Shown here: one piece after another, positions 51,083 through 58,829 of the stretch
How the letters are laid out: each line of letters starts with the position of its first letter
Numbering within the stretch: the first letter of the stretch is position 1
From: Candidatus Bathyarchaeota archaeon
Lineage (GTDB): Archaea; Thermoproteota; Bathyarchaeia; Bathyarchaeales; Bathycorpusculaceae
NCBI GenBank assembly: GCA_963811105.1
Contig: CAWEPZ010000009.1
Span: forward strand, 32,001 to 96,000
Reading direction: 5' to 3'
DNA: 64,000 bases
Program-made: the position numbers and the translations under genes
The notes under the pieces: model-generated
Seen by the model: the letters and a program-made list of their open reading frames with translations, nothing else
What the model was told of the DNA's origin: nothing
Database searches by the model: none

Positions 51083-51345
51083 TTATCGCGAAGCAGGCTC
51101 CTCAAAGCAAATTATTCCTTCGACTTGGCATGCTAAGATACTATCGTCCTTGATAGATTCTTCTATTTCCGCCTGCGTTCTTGCCATTGCGGGGTACTCG
51201 GGTGCAGTTATCTTCCAGAGTGATGCCTTGTTCTATTTCTTGTTTGTTCATTTTTTCATCACCTTTTTCACCAAAACCCATTAAAAGACTGGGACGATGC
51301 ATTATCAGCGGGGATGATGTCGCCGTCCCAGCCTTAGGGCAAAGT
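51083..51345 (-). mobile_element. Miniature, internally deleted derivative of the integrase locus at 55303-56335
   Basis: Same leader hairpin; start MNKQEIEQ vs MKKHALEQ; then QAEIEESIKDDSILACQVEGIICFEEPA vs QAEIEQAIKDDCILVCQSEGITYFKKPA. Confidence 0.8.
51286..51334. repeat. Hairpin repeat copy A (22-bp core 51310-51331)
   Basis: CTGGGACG...CGTCCCAG stem; core GGGGATGATGTCGCCGTCCCAG is identical to 56299-56320. Confidence 0.9.
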
Positions 51346-51419
51346 AATTTTTAGCTGGGGTTTTCCCTGATTTCTATTTGTAGTTGTCTAGTTATAAGCT
51401 TTTCGAAAAGGAAGTTCAG

Positions 51420-52763
51420 CTAGGTTAATTTTTGTCGTTCAAAATAATTGTATAAATCATCTTCAGAATGCAAATTCAATCTTTCCTTCTTCAAATTCAA
51501 ACGAATTATTGAATTCCTTACTAACGTACTTAATTGTCGCAATTCGGACAAAGAGACATAAGTAAATCCTCGATGGACAATATCAGACCTGTAAGTATAC
51601 ATATCTTTTATGAATTTCTTGATACGTTTTCTGTTATCATAATCTTTTGTTAAAAAAAGGGCACATCGCTCAGCAATATTATTTTGAATTGCTTCTCTGT
51701 TTCCATGCGTATAAAGAGCTTCGAACGCTACAAATATCTTGACGAGTTGTTCATTTGTTGAACCGTATTCATTAATCTCTTCTTTTTTAGTAATCGCCCT
51801 TTCTATAATTATTTTTTCATTATCAATTCTTCTAATGGATGTATCAAATATCCTTGCATACCAGTAAGTCGCAAGCAAGATCTTGCGTTCTATACCGCTC
51901 CTTTTTTTGGTCAACAAACTAGACATTTTCTTGAAACCAAATTTCTCCATTTCGTGCAGCTGTACTTTTGTTAAGGTAATCGGTCTGTAGTTTCCCACCA
52001 ACTCAATTCTTGGTGTTAATGATATGTTGCCATAAATTGATTCTTGCAAAATACCCCTTTTAGTGACTCCAAGAACTTCCCCTTCTATACCAAAATTACT
52101 ATTCTCCGTTGTTGCTTCCAAGCAGTAGAGTTTTAAAATATCCAATGCTGCGTTTACTTTGGTTAACGCAATTTCTTCTGCACGGTTCTCTTTACCAACA
52201 CATGTTGTTTCTGCGCATGTATTACCTATAAGACCTTTCAAATGGTCTTCCTTAAGTGTTTTTACGAAATCCCTTTTCTGAGCGGTTGTATAATAGGTAT
52301 TATTTCGTAATATCCGATAGAATGTCGCTATGGCTTTTTTTTCATGACTATGCTTGTATTTAAAAAATCGGATGCCGCCTACGGAAAAATCCTTTTCTAG
52401 CTGAAGATTTTTGACTGGAATGACAAATTTATAGGGTTTTATCTCACTTCTTATTGATATAATAAATTTCTTTAAGGATGCTTTAATATATGGCTCCTTT
52501 AATGCTAACGGATAAGCACTTGCCCGAGAAACAATATCTTGATACTTGCTTTCAATTTCTTTTATTGTGTAATTCCTTCGTATATCATTTGTTTTCAATG
52601 TTTCTCTAATCGCATCGTTAAACCGCTTATCAAGAATCTCATCTAGACTAATCGCTGGCATGTTTTCTTTAAACCAAATTCTAACCTCTTTCCCAGTGGA
52701 TTTGTTAGAACTTATAAAAAGTAAGTCTTCAACTACTTTTTGGTTATTAGTCTGGGTCTTCAT
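51420..52763 (-). CDS. HEPN-domain protein (ApeA/MAE_28990-like), putative defence RNase
   Basis: C-terminal AFEALY...IAER...YTYRSDIVH (Rx4H); AT-rich relative to the core genes. Confidence 0.75.
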   Translation of the reverse strand: MKTQTNNQKVVEDLLFISSNKSTGKEVRIWFKENMPAISLDEILDKRFNDAIRETLKTNDIRRNYTIKEIESKYQDIVSRASAYPLALKEPYIKASLKKFIISIRSEIKPYKFVIPVKNLQLEKDFSVGGIRFFKYKHSHEKKAIATFYRILRNNTYYTTAQKRDFVKTLKEDHLKGLIGNTCAETTCVGKENRAEEIALTKVNAALDILKLYCLEATTENSNFGIEGEVLGVTKRGILQESIYGNISLTPRIELVGNYRPITLTKVQLHEMEKFGFKKMSSLLTKKRSGIERKILLATYWYARIFDTSIRRIDNEKIIIERAITKKEEINEYGSTNEQLVKIFVAFEALYTHGNREAIQNNIAERCALFLTKDYDNRKRIKKFIKDMYTYRSDIVHRGFTYVSLSELRQLSTLVRNSIIRLNLKKERLNLHSEDDLYNYFERQKLT

Positions 52764-53076
52764 TAAACGATAACTCCATTTGTTATTTGTCGTGTATCGT
52801 GTTAACGATATCTTGGGTTAAACGTGTTTTAAGTTTTGCCTTCTTTTAGGTTAGTCAAATTCTCATAGATTCTTAAAATATTGATTGCAGTGCAAAAACA
52901 GAGTCCTTGCTTGTGAGGGGGGTGCCCTTTAGGGTGGTGTTCCTCACTAAGCGAGGTGTTTTTGCTTAGCAGTTGTGTTGTTGTCGTCAGATTTTAGATT
53001 CTTGGAGTATTCAAAAAATGGCTTTCTGATTACTCTTGTGCAGACATAGAGTAATTCCTTTTGCTTCTTTTTCAAA

Positions 53077-54618
53077 ACCCTAACTGCAACGTAATTAGGT
53101 AACAGGGTCTCTAGAAAGCAGTTTATTTTGTTCAAAATGGCAAATGGGCTTAGAATCTACCGCTAATTTATTATATCACCTGTTCCCTAATAGGGAACTC
53201 ATGGATGCTGCATTAAAAGAAATTGTCGAAAAAGCAAAAACGCAATACGGCCAGATAGAACTCAAAAACATCAAAGGCCGCTTCTACCTCTACAAAGTAA
53301 CCAGCAAATACGACCCTCAAAAGAAAGAAACGCGAAAAATCTCAGGCCAATACATCGGCAGAGTAACTCCACAAGGCATCATCCAAGCCAAAACCCATGA
53401 AAGAACCATCCACGAGTACGCAAACGCCAAACTCCTAAAAACGCTCCTAGACGACGTTATAGAAAACCTCCGCATCCACTTCCCAGATGAATGGCGCGAA
53501 ATAGCAGCTTTCTCAATTGTTCGAACAATCAGAAACGTACCTATAAAATACGTCAAAGAAGCATGGGAAAAACTCTACCTCTCCCGGGAAATAGATACAT
53601 CACTCTCACGAAATACCTTATCCGAAAAACTCAGAAACATAGGCGCTGACTGGGACGCACAGCACTCCTTCTTTCTCTCACTAATGCAAGGTCAAAACGT
53701 ATTCTTCTACGATCTCTCATCCATTTTCAGCCGATCCGTCAACCTAAACCTCGCCGAAAAAGGCTACAACAAAGAACACCAGTTTCTTGACCAAATCAAT
53801 TTTGCCCTGCTCTTCTCACAAGAACGCAAAACGCCTGTTATGCTCAAATCCATGCCCGGCTCAATAAGAGACATTAAGTCTCTTCAAGCGTTTATGATCG
53901 AGTTTCCTCTGAAAGAATGCATACTTGTCCTAGATAGAGGCTTCCAATCTGCGGTAACAGAGGATGATCTGGTTTCCATGGGTGCTTCATTTATTCAGCC
54001 TCTTAGGCGTAACTCAAAACTAATTGATTATTCTCTTGAGCCTCAAACGCTTTTTGCGTACAGAGACAGAGGCATAAAGTGCGCTTCAAAGGAGCTTTTG
54101 ATAGGCGGGAAGAAGGCGACGCTTTTTCTGTACGAGGATGTTTTGCTGCGGGGCGAGGAACATTCGAATCTTATCAAGTTGAAGTTGGCGCATGGTAATC
54201 AAATTACGATTGATGAGCGGTGTTTGGGGAAGATTGCGATTTTGTCGAATCTTGATTGGGGTGGGGCGAAGGTCTATTTTATGTATAAAGAGAGGGAAGA
54301 TGTTGAAACGGCGTTTGATGCTATGAAGAATGAGTTGGAGAATGATAAGGCGTATTTGGGCAATGATGATGCGGTGAGGGGGTATTTTTTTGTTTCTTTT
54401 CTTTCGCTTTACTTGTATTTTCGGGTGCTCGAGAGGATAAGGGCGGCGGATATGATTGGTGAGATTTCTGTGGAAGAATTGTTGTTTAAGCTTTCAACGG
54501 TGTATTTGGTTAAGTATCGGAGTGGTAAAGAGAGGTTGAGTGAGGTTCCATCAAAGGTTCAAAAATTGATGACAAAACTAGGTTTGGACCTGTTACCTAA
54601 AAATTGAGCAGTTAGGGT
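53077..54618 (+). mobile_element. Insertion sequence, IS1634-like (IS4 superfamily)
   Basis: About 30-bp imperfect terminal inverted repeats ACCCTAACTGC-N7-TTAGGTAACAGG at both ends; 7-bp target duplication TTTCAAA (53070-76 and 54619-25). Confidence 0.92.
53144..54607 (+). CDS. DDE transposase
   Basis: FYDLSS, GYNKE, LDRGF, YKEREDVETAFDAMK (YREK-like). Confidence 0.92.
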   Translation: MGLESTANLLYHLFPNRELMDAALKEIVEKAKTQYGQIELKNIKGRFYLYKVTSKYDPQKKETRKISGQYIGRVTPQGIIQAKTHERTIHEYANAKLLKTLLDDVIENLRIHFPDEWREIAAFSIVRTIRNVPIKYVKEAWEKLYLSREIDTSLSRNTLSEKLRNIGADWDAQHSFFLSLMQGQNVFFYDLSSIFSRSVNLNLAEKGYNKEHQFLDQINFALLFSQERKTPVMLKSMPGSIRDIKSLQAFMIEFPLKECILVLDRGFQSAVTEDDLVSMGASFIQPLRRNSKLIDYSLEPQTLFAYRDRGIKCASKELLIGGKKATLFLYEDVLLRGEEHSNLIKLKLAHGNQITIDERCLGKIAILSNLDWGGAKVYFMYKEREDVETAFDAMKNELENDKAYLGNDDAVRGYFFVSFLSLYLYFRVLERIRAADMIGEISVEELLFKLSTVYLVKYRSGKERLSEVPSKVQKLMTKLGLDLLPKN

Positions 54619-55302
54619 TTTCAAATCTTCTTTTGAAAAAACTTTTAAGCCTTTTACCGTTTTTCCTCCATTGTCTATTGAGTTATCGAAATAGAATTCG
54701 AAGACCTCAGTTTTATTAATAAGTTCAATGCTTGCAGTTTCTAAATTTTTTATGTAAATTATGTCTTTCTCAATAGTATTCTCAAAAAAACCAGTTTTCA
54801 CAAATTCACGAATCTTCTTTTCATATAAGTTTAGTGTTTGAAAGTAAAAGAAAAGTTCTCTTCTAAACTCTGGCGGTTTGATAAAAGCTATTTTGTCTGA
54901 AAGCAATTCTCTAACGCTATTACATCCAAAACGGTTGGTCTCTTCTTTGAGGATAGAAATGAGATTTTCTTGCTGTTCTTTATTTGAAAAATCAACTTCA
55001 GCAAATCCTCTTAGGTTTCCCGCTATCACCGCTAAGTAGTCCATGACCTTGAACAGATGAAATAATAACGGTGAATAAACATTGGCTTTTGTGTATTCAA
55101 TTTGTTCAATTGTTCTCTCTTTCTCTTTTGTTTTGTTATTAACATAGGTCTGTACCAGGATTGTTCCTAAAGAAGAAAGTACGGCAACTATTATTGAGCT
55201 AACAATAAAGGTAAGCGTTAATGATGACTCTGGGATTGCGGACATAGGTCTTAATTGATCGCTTTATCACTTAAGATTTGCCATTATTGGGTTTAGTGTT
55301 CC

Positions 55303-56239
55303 TTACGCTGGCTTTTTGAAATATGTTATTCCCTCTGATTGGCATACTAAGATGCAATCGTCTTTGATCGCTTGCTCTATCTCGGCTTGATTAAGGCAAA
55401 CTATAGGTATCCAAGTTATGTTTTGATCAAAGTTGCTGATGTATTTCTCTGTACTGCGACTATCTCGATGACCTAAAAGTTGTTTAACATGTAAAAAGTT
55501 GTGACTTGACAATTTGTATTCTTTACTTGCCTTAAATCGTCTGAAGTCATAAAGGCATACTTGCTTAAGCTCTGGCATGTTGTATTTTTTGGCTAATCTG
55601 TTTCTAGCATTGGCGGTATCCAGTTGAAAGATAATCTGATGTAGTGTTGAAATATTATGCTGGTCGGGTTTAGATTCTTTCTTTTAATGAATTCTTTTAG
55701 AAGGCTTACCGTTGACGGTTTGAGTTTTCCTTCTCTTCCGATTGTATGTTTTGCGCCTGTTATACTTACTATTCCCGAGGTTAAATCTACATCTTGAACT
55801 TTTAACCATGTTTTTTCTATAGGGCGTTTCCCAAATCTTTGGCTATTGACAGTTTAAGTTTCATTTCAAACCTAACGTGATTCAATTATGAAGTTTAGTA
55901 GTTCTTCTTTTGGGGCTTTACGTTTCTTATCATAGCGTTGATAGAAAGGCTTGTTCCACGTTTGACCTAATGATTTTACAAAAATGTTATAGGATTCTAT
56001 CAAGTTCTCTTTTCGGGCATTTGAGCAATTCTTTCTTGCTACAAAAAGCTTAACCTCTTCTGGATTGCTTATGTTGCAGTATTTTTCTAAGTGCCTCAGT
56101 TCCTTTCTTACTCTCTTAATGGTTGTTTGTTCATAGGCATTCTTTTAGCATCCAAATCATTAGGTTTGGAATGTTTAGTTTTCCTATATCTTGGGGCTCT
56201 TGGGCTGTTTGTTTTTTGTTCTAATGCATGTTTTTTCAT
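55303..56239 (-). pseudogene. Tyrosine recombinase/integrase, multiply frameshifted
   Basis: Fragments across frames: NPEEVKLFVARK, WNKPFY, RPIE, GAKH, LYDFRR, VKQLLGH..STEKY. Confidence 0.85.
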
Positions 56240-56276
56240 CTTTTCATCTCTCCTTTACCCCTAAAGCTTTATAGTG

Positions 56277-56334
56277 CTGGGACGGTGTTTTTTCGTTGGG
56301 GGATGATGTCGCCGTCCCAGTCTGATAGGGAAAG
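56277..56334. repeat. Hairpin repeat copy B (22-bp core 56299-56320), upstream of the integrase
   Basis: CTGGGACGG/CCGTCCCAG perfect 9-bp stem; shared TAGGG(C)AAAG flank with copy A. Confidence 0.9.
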
Positions 56335-56464
56335 ATGAAGAATAAAAGTTATGACAGACCCCAAACGATTGTACTCTTTAGCTGTGAATTGATGTAACCC
56401 GAGTCAAGTGCCATTTTATATAGCGTCGATAAGTAGTAGGATTAGTTATTGGTGCATCACTGGC

Positions 56465-56722
56465 ATGGGGAAGAGTCGAAAAAGCACGGTTCAGATTCGA
56501 TTCGAAATCCTAGAGTATATGTTTTTTAACTCAAAGCCTCAACTGCGCACAATTATCTGGCGGAAATCAACCAATCTTTCCTACGATGATTTTCTCAAAC
56601 ACTTGCAGTTTCTTGAAAGCAAAAACCTCATCAGAGAAACAGCTGAAGGCACCTGCATGCTAACGCCTGAAGGCAGAAACCTCTACATTGAATTGCGTAA
56701 GTCGCTTCCATCGATACTGTAA
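56465..56722 (+). CDS. Small winged-helix DNA-binding protein
   Basis: RKSTVQIRFEILE...TNLSYDDFLKHLQFLESKNLI...LTPEG; start at ATG 56465. Confidence 0.8.
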   Translation: MGKSRKSTVQIRFEILEYMFFNSKPQLRTIIWRKSTNLSYDDFLKHLQFLESKNLIRETAEGTCMLTPEGRNLYIELRKSLPSIL

Positions 56723-56730
56723 ACCGTAGA

Positions 56731-56758
56731 GTTCACTTGTGGTGCATCAGGTATAAAA
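56731..56758 (+). promoter_or_regulatory. Repeated motif plus TATA box
   Basis: GTTCACTTGTGGTGCATCA then TATAAAA; related copies at 57144 and 56450. Confidence 0.55.
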
Positions 56759-56791
56759 ACAAAAAACGCCTAAATAAAGCAGGAAACAGAA

Positions 56792-57142
56792 ATGGCTAAA
56801 GAAACCAGCGAAGACAAGCAGTATCCAGTCAAATCCTTACATGACTTCCTATCTGAGTTAGATAAGGAATACACAAAATTCCGCAATGGCACCCTGATTG
56901 GACTTGCATCTTCAGGAATCCTATTCATACTTGTTGTTGTTTTGCTGCTTAGAACAAGGCATTTTGAGTTGGGCCTGTTTGATTTTATTTTACTGTTAAT
57001 TGCGGGTGTACTTTTAGCTTACAGCATTTACGCCATGTACTCACAATATCGCTTTCTAAGTAGATGGGAGCGCAGAATTGGCTTGCTTCGCCATACGGAA
57101 GACGAGTTGCTTCAAGAAAAACTTGAAGACTCAAAAGTTTAG
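56792..57142 (+). CDS. Small two-TM membrane protein
   Basis: Two hydrophobic helices flanked by charged helices. Confidence 0.75.
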   Translation: MAKETSEDKQYPVKSLHDFLSELDKEYTKFRNGTLIGLASSGILFILVVVLLLRTRHFELGLFDFILLLIAGVLLAYSIYAMYSQYRFLSRWERRIGLLRHTEDELLQEKLEDSKV

Positions 57143-57233
57143 TGTTCATTTGTGGTGCACATCACGGGTGAGGCTTTCTTTTTAAACACCCCACCAAGAA
57201 GCATATATAGAAGTAATTTGGAGGTGGAAAAGA

Positions 57234-57737
57234 ATGATCAACTTAAGTAGAAAAAACAAAATTGCCATTGCTGCACTAGCCGCCTTGGCAATCGTGTTGG
57301 CTATTAGTGTGCCGTATGTGAGCGCTCAAACCGTTGCAAACAACGCTGCTTCAAACATAAGAACTCTAAGCGCCCACGGCAACATTTACCAAACAATCGA
57401 TAGCAACACCATAAAGTATTACAAAGCAGACCTAACCCTAACGCTTCAGCCGACCTCAACCAGCGGGGCAGTCAAGAAATTTGATGTAACAGGCGGGACA
57501 TTGGTGGCAAACGGCGTCACATACATCTTTACAAGCGGCAACGGAGGCGTCTTCACTGGTAGGCATGCGGTGCTTTTACAAGCTCAGGGCACAGACCCAG
57601 CAGGTCAGGCCGTTACATTTAAGCTTGCGGGGCAATATGGATACTCGTGGCTAAATGGGCATGTTGCTTTAAAAATCGGCGCTAAACTGCAGACAGCCGA
57701 CACTAACTACACCCTTATCATGCAAGCGCCTATCTAA
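57234..57737 (+). CDS. Secreted hypothetical beta-rich protein
   Basis: GGAGGTGG RBS, signal peptide ending VSA, T-rich terminator downstream. Confidence 0.8.
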   Translation: MINLSRKNKIAIAALAALAIVLAISVPYVSAQTVANNAASNIRTLSAHGNIYQTIDSNTIKYYKADLTLTLQPTSTSGAVKKFDVTGGTLVANGVTYIFTSGNGGVFTGRHAVLLQAQGTDPAGQAVTFKLAGQYGYSWLNGHVALKIGAKLQTADTNYTLIMQAPI

Positions 57738-58057
57738 ACAAATCTGAAATCTTTTTCTATCCTTTTTTCTTTAAAACAACCCTTTTCAATTCTAAAAATC
57801 TAAAGCCCTAAAACCTCGACTTCTTGGTAGATTTAGGGACCAAAACTAAACGCAACCAGCATAATATTCAACCACATAACTAAAAACCAACTTCAACCTT
57901 GCCCAAACATCCCAACATTCGCAATTATCGATTACGAAAGTCGCACAGGAAATGTTTTTTGCAGTAATCAAGTGTTCTTTTCGGAGAACAGACTGTTCCG
58001 CTGGGTGAATAATGTGAGACTTCTTAGATTGTATTCATAGAAGAAAAAGTGACTGTT

Positions 58058-58764
58058 ATGAAAAAAAGACAGATCATGGTAAGGCCTTTAATGCTAATCA
58101 TGATATCCCTCACAATCTTAACGACAGCTAACATCCAGATCAGCAAAGCCTCCAAAAATTAATTGCCCCAAACGATTTACCGACCAAAGGTACAACCGTC
58201 TACGCTGCCTCTCAAGGCGACACAATACTAGTAAAAAACGGCATTTAGCATGAAAACATCCAAGTTAACAAATCATTAACAATTCAAGGTGAAGACCCCA
58301 AAAACACGATTATAATTGGAAGAGGCGGGGTTGACCGAGGCGCAAAAGCTGTTATCACGTTGGCATCCAATAACTTGAAAGTATCAGGTTTTACAATTGA
58401 AAGCCTCAACTACTCAGCTTCTAATTATTATGCCACCGGCTTTATTATTGAAGGAGATCAGTGCACTATAGCCGGCAACAATGTTCAGAATAACACTTAC
58501 ATAGGCATCTTCTGTTCAATCCAATCTTCAACATTCATAACTGAAAACAATATTTCGGCAAGCATCAAAGATGGGATTAGATTTTTCGGGGGCTCATTAA
58601 ACAAAATCTCTGCGAACAACATAGATGGAAACCATCAGTCAGGCATTTCAAAAGATACAAAATTCCATTTCGAGACGTATAAGGAATTTATTCACTTCTT
58701 GCTAACAGATACTACACGAATTGATTCTTTTTCTTATTATTACAAAAAATTCGTTCTTTCCTGA
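58058..58764 (+). pseudogene. Degenerate NosD/CASH parallel beta-helix surface protein gene
   Basis: Signal peptide, a frameshift, then ASQGDTILVKNGI*HENIQVNKSLTIQGED with in-frame TAG at 58246; NN-I repeats; truncated. Confidence 0.75.
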
Positions 58765-58829
58765 TTTAGCAACTCTTCCTAAAAGCTATTATACTAAGTC
58801 ACAGATAATAGAGAATATCGGGTTTTACA

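Larger units (their letters stand above)
52947..55245 (-). pseudogene. Membrane-anchored hypothetical gene interrupted by the IS
   Basis: Removing the IS and one TSD rejoins ...FSKEDLK to KKQKELLYV...KHLA* in frame. Confidence 0.85.

Noticed and set aside
51286-51334. Hairpin repeat as a tRNA fragment or fluoride riboswitch
   Set aside because: No T-arm GTTCRA or CCA end. The GGGGATGATGTCGCC resemblance to the crcB motif lacks the downstream elements and faces away from the adjacent gene.
55303-56239. SSV1-type split integrase (intN/intC)
   Set aside because: The second locus duplicates both ends of the gene rather than complementing it, and no tRNA target is present.
57973-57990. TGTTCTT-TTCG-GAGAACA hairpin
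   Set aside because: Single short stem with no second copy or supporting context.
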